Below are positions 19,107 through 27,023 of a stretch of DNA of 32,000 nt, piece after piece; positions within the stretch are counted from its first letter, which is position 1, and the number at the start of each line of letters is the position of its first letter. A model generated the notes under the pieces. The model saw nothing but the letters and a program-made list of their open reading frames with translations. It was not told the origin of the DNA and did not search any database. The DNA lies in the NCBI GenBank assembly GCA_942493095.1, contig OW818675.1:570001-602000 (forward strand). Direction: 5' to 3'. The position numbers and the translations under genes were made by a program. The DNA comes from Candidatus Electronema halotolerans. Its GTDB lineage: Bacteria; Desulfobacterota; Desulfobulbia; Desulfobulbales; Desulfobulbaceae.

Positions 19107-21239
19107 GTGAACAAAGCCATTCATCTTGCTTTAGCTGGCAATCCCAATGCCGGCAAGACCACCTTGTTCAATCATCTCACCGGCGCACGCCAGCATGTGG
19201 GCAATTATCCCGGCGTGACCGTGGAGAAAAAAGAGGGTTTTTTTCATCATGACGAGCAAAAGTTCAGGGTGGTTGACCTGCCTGGCACCTATTCCCTGAC
19301 CGCTTATTCAGTCGAGGAATTAGTTGCCCGTGACTACGTGGTCAATGAGCAGCCGGATGTGGTGATCAACATTGTTGATGCGGTCAATTTGGAGCGCAAT
19401 CTTTACCTGACCTGCCAGTTTCTCGAACTGGGCGTGCCAATGGTTGTGGCTCTGAACATGGTTGATGCGGCGGAAAAACGGGGCATCAGCATTGACGCGG
19501 CAGAACTGGGCCGCCTGCTGGGCGTGCCGGTGATGCCGATTGTCGCCCGCAGCGGCAAAGGGGTGCCGGAGCTACTCGCTGCGGCGGCAGCGGTCAGTGC
19601 GGGGCAGGAACAGCAGCAGGCCCTGCTCCGCTACGGCTCAGACATTGACCAGAGCTTGTGCGACTTCATTCCCCTGATCGAGGCCAGCAGCCTGCTGGCC
19701 AAAAGCTGTCCGCCCCGCTGGATTGCCCTGAAAGTGCTAGAAAATGATGAGCAGATCATCAGCAAGGTCATGCAGGCGGATGCGGAACTGGGTCAGCAGC
19801 TTCTCAGCCGCAGCGAGCGGCTGACCCAGCACCTGCGCAGCACCATGGATGCCTACCCGGAGGCGGTGATTGCCGACCACCGCTACGGCTTCATCAAGTC
19901 GATCCTCCGGCAGGGCGTGCTGACAAGAACATTTGATCAAGACCGGCTCTACGCCTCAGACAGGATAGACAAAATCGTCACCCACCGGCTGCTGGGGCCG
20001 CTGCTCATGGCTGCGGTGCTCTTCGGTCTGTACAGCTTCACCTTTGGCTGGTCCGGCTTTCTGGTGGATTGGCTGACAGCCCTGTTTGATGCCATCAGCC
20101 AAGCTGCTGATGCGGCCCTGCCGGACGGCCCGCTCAAGTCCATGCTCATTGCCGGGGTGATTGACGGCGCAGGCGGGGTGCTGGGCTTTGTGCCGATCAT
20201 CATGTTCATGTTCTTCGGCATTGCCGTGCTGGAGGATTCCGGCTATTTAGCCCGCGTGGCCTTCATGATGGACCGAATTTTTCATTTCTTCGGCCTGCAC
20301 GGCTCCTCAGTCATGCCCTTCATTGTCTCAGGTGGCATAGCAGGCGGCTGCGCCGTGCCGGGCGTGTTCGCGGCCCGCACCCTGCGCTCGCCCAAGGAGC
20401 GGATGGCCACCCTCCTGACTGTGCCGTTCATGAACTGCGGGGCCAAGCTGCCTGTCCTGACCCTGATCATTGCCGCCTTTTTCGCGGATCATCAGACTGC
20501 CTACATGTTTGCCGCCACCCTGCTGACGTGGTTAGTCGCTCTGCTGGCCGCCAAAATCCTCCGCCTGACCGTGCTGCGCGGCGAATCCACGCCCTTTGTC
20601 ATGGAGCTGCCGCCCTACCGCTTTCCCACGCTCCGGGGCCTGCTGATTCATACATGGGAGCGGACTTGGCAGTACATGAAAAAGGCAGGCACGGTGATTC
20701 TCGGCATTTCCATCCTCCTTTGGGCCATGATGACCTATCCCGGCCTGCCTGCGGATCAGGCTGAAAATTTTGCCGCCCGGCGGGCTGCCACCTCCGCGCA
20801 GGAGGTTGAGCAGCTCGCCCGCCAAGAAGCTGAAGCCGGACTGCGGCATTCGTTTGCCGGGCGGATCGGTCTGGCCTTGGAGCCGCTCAGTCAATATGCC
20901 GGTTTTGACTGGCGCACCAATATTGCCCTGCTCGGCGGCTTCGCAGCCAAGGAGGTGATCATCTCGACAATGGGCACAGCCTATTCGCTCGGCGAAACTG
21001 CTGCCGAGGACGCAGCTCCGCTCAAGGAACGGCTGGCCAAGGATGCGCATTGGAACCGGGCCGCCGCCTTGGCCTTTCTCGTCTTTGTCATGTTCTACGC
21101 CCCCTGCTTTGTCACAGTGGTGGCCATTGCCAAGGAAAGCGGCTCGTGGAAATGGGCAGCGTTCTCCATTGCCTTCAACACCGCAGTCGCCTCGCTGCTG
21201 GCTGTCACTATTTTTCAAGTCGGACGGCTGCTGGGATAA
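19107..21239 (+). CDS. feoB: ferrous iron transporter B
   Basis: 710 aa with a GTG start. N-terminal G domain GNPNAGKTTLFN, DLPGTYSL and NMVD, followed by a polytopic membrane domain. Confidence 0.95.
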   Translation: MNKAIHLALAGNPNAGKTTLFNHLTGARQHVGNYPGVTVEKKEGFFHHDEQKFRVVDLPGTYSLTAYSVEELVARDYVVNEQPDVVINIVDAVNLERNLYLTCQFLELGVPMVVALNMVDAAEKRGISIDAAELGRLLGVPVMPIVARSGKGVPELLAAAAAVSAGQEQQQALLRYGSDIDQSLCDFIPLIEASSLLAKSCPPRWIALKVLENDEQIISKVMQADAELGQQLLSRSERLTQHLRSTMDAYPEAVIADHRYGFIKSILRQGVLTRTFDQDRLYASDRIDKIVTHRLLGPLLMAAVLFGLYSFTFGWSGFLVDWLTALFDAISQAADAALPDGPLKSMLIAGVIDGAGGVLGFVPIIMFMFFGIAVLEDSGYLARVAFMMDRIFHFFGLHGSSVMPFIVSGGIAGGCAVPGVFAARTLRSPKERMATLLTVPFMNCGAKLPVLTLIIAAFFADHQTAYMFAATLLTWLVALLAAKILRLTVLRGESTPFVMELPPYRFPTLRGLLIHTWERTWQYMKKAGTVILGISILLWAMMTYPGLPADQAENFAARRAATSAQEVEQLARQEAEAGLRHSFAGRIGLALEPLSQYAGFDWRTNIALLGGFAAKEVIISTMGTAYSLGETAAEDAAPLKERLAKDAHWNRAAALAFLVFVMFYAPCFVTVVAIAKESGSWKWAAFSIAFNTAVASLLAVTIFQVGRLLG

Positions 21240-21248
21240 GATGTTGCG

Positions 21249-21611
21249 ATGTTTTTAAAGAGGGGCGATGTGAAGGACACAGTTCTCTCCACAGGAATCC
21301 GTTTTGCTGAAGCATTGACGACAGGGCGATATGCAGATGCTCGCTCCTTGTTAACATCAGACTTGCAGCGTTCCTGCTCTGAAGAACAACTGCGTTTGCA
21401 GTATGAACAAATGACTGCATACAGTTCAGAATCAGCAATGCCAGATGGCCATACGTTATTTATAGAGAATTGGCCTGCTAAAACAACAGGTGATCTTGGT
21501 TGGCTCTACGTTTCTATTTCTGGCAGCGGATTTGCGGAAGCTGTTACAGTGGTTGTGACGGATGAAAGAGGCACGCCAAAAATCAGAGACATTGAATGGG
21601 GTCGGCCATAG
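21249..21611 (+). CDS. hypothetical small protein (120 aa)
   Basis: A clean ORF wedged between feoB and panB. It is noticeably less GC-rich than both neighbours. I recognise no motif. Confidence 0.5.
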   Translation: MFLKRGDVKDTVLSTGIRFAEALTTGRYADARSLLTSDLQRSCSEEQLRLQYEQMTAYSSESAMPDGHTLFIENWPAKTTGDLGWLYVSISGSGFAEAVTVVVTDERGTPKIRDIEWGRP

Positions 21612-21618
21612 AGATTTT

Positions 21619-22467
21619 ATGAAAAAAATTACAGTCAAAGACTTCCGGGAGCGCAAGGGCGGCAAAAAGCTGGCCCTGCTCACCGCTTATGATGCCTCGA
21701 CGGCCCGACTTTTGGACAACGCGGGCGCAGATGCCCTTTTGGTCGGCGACTCGCTGGGCATGGTGGTGCTGGGCTATGAATCCACCCTGCCGGTGACGAT
21801 GGAGCAGATGCTCCACCATGCCGGAGCAGTCAGCCGGGGAACACAGCGGGGCTTGGTGATTGGTGACATGCCTTTTGGCTCCTATCAGGTCAGCGAGGCG
21901 CAGGCGGTTGCCAATGGCCTGCGCTTCTTGAAAGAAGCGGGCTGCGGGGCGGTCAAGCTGGAGGGCGGCAGCGAAGTCTGCGGCACAGTGCGGGCCTTGG
22001 TCCGGGCCGGGGTGCCGGTCATGGGCCATGTCGGCCTGACTCCGCAGACTGCCGGGCAGATGGGCGGCTTCAAGGTGCAGGGCAAGGACATAGCTGCGGC
22101 CCGCAGACTGCTTGCTGATGCCAAGGCCTTGGAAGAGGCTGGCATCTTCAGTCTGGTGCTGGAGGCTCTGCCTGCTTCGCTGGCAGCGGTGATTACAGCC
22201 GCAGTCTCTGTGCCGACCATCGGCATCGGGGCCGGGCCGCACTGCGACGGTCAGATTTTAGTGACCAATGATCTGCTGGGCCTGTTTGAAAAATTTGTGC
22301 CCAGTTTTGTCAAGCAGTATGTCAAGCTGGCCCCGGCCATCAACGAGGCGGTGCAAAACTACATCAGCGAGGTGGAGGGCGGCGCATTCCCCGGCCCAGA
22401 GCACTGCTTTGCCAGCAAAGAGGATTTCAGCGGCCTGCTGGCAGAACTGCCGGACAGTTCTGCTTGA
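21619..22467 (+). CDS. panB: 3-methyl-2-oxobutanoate hydroxymethyltransferase
   Basis: The start is taken at MKKITVKDF (ATG 21619). Motifs LTAYD, LVGDSLGMV, VKLEGG and GHVGLTPQ are present. Confidence 0.93.
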   Translation: MKKITVKDFRERKGGKKLALLTAYDASTARLLDNAGADALLVGDSLGMVVLGYESTLPVTMEQMLHHAGAVSRGTQRGLVIGDMPFGSYQVSEAQAVANGLRFLKEAGCGAVKLEGGSEVCGTVRALVRAGVPVMGHVGLTPQTAGQMGGFKVQGKDIAAARRLLADAKALEEAGIFSLVLEALPASLAAVITAAVSVPTIGIGAGPHCDGQILVTNDLLGLFEKFVPSFVKQYVKLAPAINEAVQNYISEVEGGAFPGPEHCFASKEDFSGLLAELPDSSA

Positions 22468-22498
22468 CGGCGGCAGAGCAGCGCGCTACAACAAGCGG

Positions 22499-23386
22499 AT
22501 GACAGATAGCAACGCGCATATTCCGGTTCTGCCCCGCGAGGTGCTGGACTGGCTGCGGCCCTGCTCCGGCAGGACATATATTGATGGCACCCTCGGTCTT
22601 GGCGGCCATGCCGGGCTGATTCTCGGTGATTCCAGCCCGGACGGACGGGTCTTGGGTTTTGAATGGGACAGCCAGGCAGCGCAGCTGGCTCAGGCGCGGC
22701 TGGCGGAATTCGGCAGCAGGTTGCAGCTTATTCCTTCTTCCTACGCAGAGATGGCTGTTCAATGCCGAACGCAGGGGCTGGTGCAGGCGGACGGCATTCT
22801 CCTCGACTTGGGCGCATCCTCGCTCCAGTTTGACAGGCCGGAGCGGGGCTTCAGCTTCATGACGGACGCGCCGCTTGACATGCGGATGAACACCAGCCTG
22901 CTGACCAGCGCGGCGGAATTGGTCAACCAATTGTCGCAGGAGGAGCTGGCCGATATTTTTTACAATTACGGCGAGGAGCGGCAGGCCCGCCGCATTGCCC
23001 GCTTCATTGTTGAGGCCCGCCTTGCCCAGCCTGTAGAACGCACCAAACAATTGGCTGAGATTGTCCGTCAGGCGGTGCCCGGCAAATATCAGCCAAAAAA
23101 AATACATCCGGCCACCAAGGTCTTTCAGGCTTTGCGGATTGCGGTCAATCGGGAGCTGGACAATCTTGCCAAGGTGCTGACCGATGCGCCTGCCCTGCTT
23201 GCGCCGGGTGCCCGGCTCTGCATCATCACTTTTCATTCCTTGGAAGACCGGATGGTCAAGCAGAGTTTCCTCAACAATCCTGCTCTGCGGGTGCTGACCA
23301 AAAAACCAATCCTGCCCAGCGAAACTGAGCTGCGCCTCAATCCCCGCAGTCGCAGCGCCAAACTGCGGGTGGCAGTAAGAATTTGA
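22499..23386 (+). CDS. rsmH: 16S rRNA (cytosine1402-N4)-methyltransferase
   Basis: The start is taken at MTDSNAHIPVL (ATG 22499). Motifs DGTLGLGGH, LLDLGASSLQFD, ERGFSF, HPATKVFQALRIAVN and SLEDRMVK are present. Confidence 0.93.
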   Translation: MTDSNAHIPVLPREVLDWLRPCSGRTYIDGTLGLGGHAGLILGDSSPDGRVLGFEWDSQAAQLAQARLAEFGSRLQLIPSSYAEMAVQCRTQGLVQADGILLDLGASSLQFDRPERGFSFMTDAPLDMRMNTSLLTSAAELVNQLSQEELADIFYNYGEERQARRIARFIVEARLAQPVERTKQLAEIVRQAVPGKYQPKKIHPATKVFQALRIAVNRELDNLAKVLTDAPALLAPGARLCIITFHSLEDRMVKQSFLNNPALRVLTKKPILPSETELRLNPRSRSAKLRVAVRI

Positions 23387-23397
23387 AAAAACGCGGT

Positions 23398-23578
23398 GAA
23401 TTCAAATTCCAAGTGCAACTTTTTTGGTTGCAAGAAAAGGCAGTTACGGGAGTGTCACAACTTTGCTTTTGTCGCTAACTAAGAGAAAATAATTGAAAAT
23501 TTACATGAAGTATTCAAAGTGCCAGCCAACCTATGCTTTTTGGATAACCAAAAAAAGTTGCACTTGCGAGTTGAATCC
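23398..23578. mobile_element. MITE-like non-coding element of about 181 bp with imperfect terminal inverted repeats of about 32 bp
   Basis: The left arm (23398-23429) is gaattcaaattccaagtgcaacTTTTTTggtt. The right arm (23546-23578) is aaccAAAAAAAgttgcacttgcgagttgaatcc. They share a 10-bp perfect core plus a T6/A7 run and ggtt/aacc. The interior is AT-rich and non-coding. Confidence 0.4.
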
Positions 23579-24454
23579 ACACTTCTGGGCGGCCTCCATC
23601 AGCGCGTCGCAATGCTCAGGATTGGCCATCTTCAGCATCCGGTAGCGGTTCTCATTCAGGGCGTAGTCGGCAAACTTGATGCTCGGCTCCTTGGAGTCGA
23701 TGATCAGCGGATTCTTGCCTTCCTCCTCCAGGAGCGGATTGTAGCGGTAGAGCGGCCAGTGTCCGCACTCAACCGCCTTCTTCTGCTGGTCAAGGCCCTT
23801 GGTCATGTCAATGCCGTGATTGATGCAGTGGGCATAGGCGATGATGATCGACGGGCCGTCGTATGCTTCCGCCTCGTTGATCGCCTTGACAAGCTGCTGC
23901 GGGTTCGCGCCCAGAGCGACCCTGGCCACGTAGATATTGCCGTAGGTGGAGAAGATCATGCCCATGTCCTTCTTGGCCATCTTCTTGCCGCCAGCAGCGA
24001 ACTGAGCGACCGCCGCACGCGGGGTTGACTTGGACATCTGGCCGCCGGTGTTGGAGTAAACCTTGGTGTCGACCAGCACGTTGATGTTCTCGCCCGATGC
24101 CAGAACATGATCCAGGCCGCCGTAGCCGATGTCGTAGGCCCAGCCGTCGCCGCCAAAGCACCAGACCGATTTCTTGACTAAATAATCAGCCACCGGCAGG
24201 AGGCGGGAGGCAGTGACGCTCTTGCTGCTGGACAGGGCCTTTTTCAGCTCCTCGACCCTGCCGCGCTGGGCCTCAATCTCGTCCTGGGTCTTCTGGCTGG
24301 CGTTGAGCAGCGAATCAGCAAGCTCCTGATTCACCATGCCTTCCGCCACAGCTGAGTGCAGCAGCTCGGCAGCCTGCATGGCCAGCTTGTTCACGGCCTG
24401 CCTCATGCCGAGGCCATACTCGGCGTTGTCCTCGAACAGGGAGTTGGACCAAGC
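23531..24454 (-). pseudogene. nifJ: 5'-truncated duplicate of the pyruvate:ferredoxin oxidoreductase 3' end (TPP-binding domain fragment)
   Basis: It is about 97% identical in nucleotides to 31040-31914. Homology stops abruptly at 24454, 17 nt from the vapC stop. One codon is lost inside the conserved NVLVLDTEVYSNTGGQ segment (here NVLVDTKVYSNTGGQ). The last 16 codons are replaced by sequence from the MITE-like repeat. Confidence 0.85.
23583..24454 (-). repeat. direct repeat copy A (872 bp) of the nifJ 3' region
   Basis: Manual alignment to 31040-31914 gives about 24 substitutions plus one 3-nt indel. The copies are identical over 23583-23725, and 24126-24454 has a single mismatch. Confidence 0.9.
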
Positions 24455-24470
24455 GACATGAAGGAAGGAA

Positions 24471-24863
24471 TTATTTCAGCAGCTTCACATGGCTGTACGC
24501 AAGAATCTTTCTGTCCAAGGTCAGCAACGGGCAGTCATGAATACGGGCGGTGGCGACAATGATCTGATCAGCCGGGTCGCGATGAAACTCTCCGGGCAGC
24601 CGGGTTGATTCCACAGCAATGCGGGGCGACAGTTCAAAAAGCTGAATGCCGGGATACTGCAAAGCCTGATGTATCCAGTCGGAAACATCCATGTCAAAGT
24701 GGAGCCGCTTCAGTTCAAACAGCTTGGCGATCTCCCAGCAGGAGATGACGCTCACGCCCAAGCCGTCCGCTTCATGTTCGATGATCTGGCGTTGGACAGA
24801 TTCAGGCAATTGCTGTTCATCAAGAACCCACTTGACCCAGATATGCGTGTCAAGCAGGATCAT
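24471..24863 (-). CDS. vapC: PIN-domain ribonuclease toxin (VapC family)
   Basis: The start is taken at MILLDTHIW, overlapping the antitoxin stop as ATGA. Acidic PIN residues are present (LLDTH, CWEI, DPADQIIVATA, TLD). Confidence 0.85.
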   Translation of the reverse strand: MILLDTHIWVKWVLDEQQLPESVQRQIIEHEADGLGVSVISCWEIAKLFELKRLHFDMDVSDWIHQALQYPGIQLFELSPRIAVESTRLPGEFHRDPADQIIVATARIHDCPLLTLDRKILAYSHVKLLK

Positions 24864-25102
24864 TGCAGGGCCTCCCAATCGTCAACTGCCACTGGTTCTG
24901 TCGGATCAATGTATGTGAAAGGACGACCTCGCAGCGGATAACGCTCCTGTTCTTTCTCCGGCCTGCCTTGAGATGCTGGGTTAAGCAGGACTGTTTCCCG
25001 GAATATCCGAATTAGCTCAAGAAGATTTGGGAAATATTCGCTTGGGATTGCTTTGACTTCTTTAAGCAGAGCTTGCTGACAAGCAATATCTTGATTTGAC
25101 AT
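24860..25102 (-). CDS. putative antitoxin partner of VapC
   Basis: An 80-aa ORF translationally coupled to the PIN gene. Its C-terminal ...DDWEAL tail is similar to that of the antitoxin at 30602-30829. Confidence 0.6.
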   Translation of the reverse strand: MSNQDIACQQALLKEVKAIPSEYFPNLLELIRIFRETVLLNPASQGRPEKEQERYPLRGRPFTYIDPTEPVAVDDWEALQ

Positions 25103-25156
25103 GGCATTTTTTGTATATATAGGAAGGTGAAGTTGTGGCAGGCGATGAAGCTGGCT

Positions 25157-26141
25157 TTACTGATTGTCAAGACCCGTATGATTGCATTCCGATTTTTTAA
25201 ACAATTCGGGATGAGTTTTCCTCCACTTGTCAAGAGCCGCCTCCGGCGTGATATGGCCGAGATTTCTTTGAGTAATATTAAAAAATTGTAGATATGAAGA
25301 TACTGCATCAAAGCCTCTTCAAGCTGCTGGGCCGGATTCAAAGCGGGTCTGCTGAACAATTTCTTGAATTCTGCCGTTAAAGCGTTCAACCATGCCGTTT
25401 GTCTGCGGTTTTCTCGGCTTGATCAAGCGATGCTCAATGCCGTGCTCCGCGCATTCCTGATCGAAGAGATGGTTTCCAGTCGGCTTCCGTTCGCCTGTCG
25501 GACAGAAACGGTCGGTGAATTCCTTGCCGTTATCCGTGAGAATCCTTGAAATAAAAAATGGAGCCTTCTTGACGAGATTCTTTAAAAAAGAACGGGCTTC
25601 CTCCGCTTTCTTCGAGGCGTGAATTTCCATATAAACCCATCTGGTCGCCCTGTCAACAGCAACGAACAGATACTTCCTGCTTTCCTCATCCGGCATCTGC
25701 GGGAGGTGCTTTGATGTCGGCATGAATAAAGCCAGGTTCATAATCCTTGAATGTTTTTAGAGATTTCCCCCGCATCTCCTCTTCAGGGATCAAATTTTTA
25801 AGGTTCGAGACTCCATGCCGCCTAAGACAGCGGTCAAGTGCAGAGCGCGACATCTTAGGACATAATAATTTCCGCACAACAACAAGGAGATCGTCGATTG
25901 GAAGCAGCAGTGATGTCCGCAATTCAATCACAATCGCCTCTTGGAAAGATGTGAGGCTCGTGTTCAAATTATGTGGCGTGTGCGAATAATCTTCAACAGT
26001 TTCAAGGTGTTTCCACTTGCGGACTGTGTCCCTGCTGATGCCATATTTCGCGGCGAGCTTCCGTTCAGAAAGCGTTGACTGCTGAATTTCCCGACGGATT
26101 GCAGGGGTCGTCCGCGCTCTTTTGTGCAGGGTGATGTTCAT
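25157..26141 (-). pseudogene. IS481-family transposase, disrupted by at least three frameshifts
   Basis: N-terminal HTH segment MNITLHKRARTTPAIRREI... then ...PGFIHADIK, followed by a frame break and LPQMPDEESRKYLFVAVDRATRW...TDNGKEF...RKPQTNGMVERFNG. A second break precedes QQLEEALMQYLHIYN. A third break precedes ITQRNLGHITPEAALDKW...LDNQ, whose stop lies in the terminal repeat. Confidence 0.75.
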
Positions 26142-26172
26142 GATGACAAACCGGGTTGTTCGTGTTCTGACA
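25165..26172 (-). mobile_element. IS481-family insertion sequence remnant (about 1.0 kb, boundaries approximate)
   Basis: Terminal sequences attgtcaAGACCCG (25164 inward) and attgtcaGAACACG (26173 inward, reverse complement) form an imperfect inverted repeat. The interior encodes an IS481-type DDE transposase. Confidence 0.65.
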
Positions 26173-26566
26173 ATATCTCGCTGATCCGTTCCCAAGCTCG
26201 AAACAACGGCCAGCTTCTTTCTGGTATATTATCATGCGGGGCTTGATAGCTTATCTGCGCATCCTCCACGCTGACAGGCCGCCCTGCTTTGACTCTTGCC
26301 GCAACAATCAGCGCGTATTCCTGCGCCGCCGCTGCATCAAACGGGAGATTTCTGCCGTCAAACAGGGAAAATATTTCTTTGGCGGCTTGCAGCAATTCAT
26401 TTTTCCGTCGTCCTTCCGGCAGCAGGGCAAGGCCAAGTTCAATTTCCGCCTGCGTCACGGCACTGATGAAGAGCTGTTCAGCGGGCTGCGCATCCAGCCA
26501 TTCGACAACTGCCGGAAATGGCGATGGACGCATCAGCTCCGAAAGGATATTGGTGTCAAGGAGCAT
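26138..26566 (-). CDS. PIN-domain toxin of the FitB/VapC type, probably degenerate at the C-terminus and reading into the IS end
   Basis: MLLDTNILSELMRP...ISAVTQAEIELG...VSVEDAQI matches FitB-like PIN toxins. The expected C-terminal T-R-(D/N)..DF acidic motif is not recognisable. The last 11 or so codons lie inside the IS481 terminus. Confidence 0.7.
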   Translation of the reverse strand: MLLDTNILSELMRPSPFPAVVEWLDAQPAEQLFISAVTQAEIELGLALLPEGRRKNELLQAAKEIFSLFDGRNLPFDAAAAQEYALIVAARVKAGRPVSVEDAQISYQAPHDNIPERSWPLFRAWERISEILSEHEQPGLSS

Positions 26567-26801
26567 CGGAATCTTGCAGCAAGCCTGTTAATCTTGGCAA
26601 AGACCGGCTGGGAAGAGGAAGTTCAATGCCGCCGATTTCTTGGAACCGCTGCTGAATGCGGGTGCCGATTCCAGATTGAACATTGAGGGATTTTTCCAGA
26701 ATGTTTTTCACTTCATCCTCTACAGTGCGGCGATGACGAGCGGCCTGCGTCTTCAGCCGTGAACCGACTGATTCTTCAATTGCGATAGTCAATATTTCCA
26801 T
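26556..26801 (-). CDS. FitA-like ribbon-helix-helix antitoxin
   Basis: The start is taken at MEILTIAIEESVGSRLKTQAARHRRTVEDEVKNIL (RHH pattern). The tail QEIGGIELPLPSR resembles FitA QEIGGVELEDV. It overlaps the toxin start by 11 nt. Confidence 0.7.
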   Translation of the reverse strand: MEILTIAIEESVGSRLKTQAARHRRTVEDEVKNILEKSLNVQSGIGTRIQQRFQEIGGIELPLPSRSLPRLTGLLQDSDAP

Positions 26802-27023
26802 TATTGCAATCTCTCCCATACATCTAAAACTGTTGGTTCTTTCTGTAAGAAAAAAAGCTGCCTCCCGTTTATGAGAGAGCTGCGGTTGATTTGCTGGCTT
26901 CAAGTATTATAGCAACCGGGGAGATTGAGGGCAACTGAGGGAGTGCGAAAGAGCGGAAGAAGAGGCTGTTGCGGCGAGTTTCAGCAACAAAAAAAGCTGA
27001 ACTTCCAGCAGCGGAGGCCCAGC

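Noticed and set aside
20532-21218. 228-aa minus-strand ORF
   Set aside because: It is antisense to the feoB membrane domain.
21583-22242. 219-aa minus-strand ORF
   Set aside because: It is antisense to panB.
22427-23236. 269-aa minus-strand ORF
   Set aside because: It is antisense to rsmH.
23519-24028. 169-aa plus-strand ORF, and its twin at 30865-31485
   Set aside because: Both are antisense to the two nifJ copies. They are duplicated only because the underlying nifJ sequence is duplicated.
25012-25389. 125-aa minus-strand ORF treated as a separate gene
   Set aside because: Its N-terminal part is the frameshifted C-terminal segment of the IS481 transposase, and its tail overlaps the vapB-1 start region. 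It is not an independent gene.
26904-27023. Possible terminator downstream of the GH15-like gene (T7 run at 26988-26995 on the minus strand)
   Set aside because: Only a 5-bp stem with a loop of about 20 nt precedes the U-run, and the 6-bp gttgc stem lies after it. This is too weak to call.
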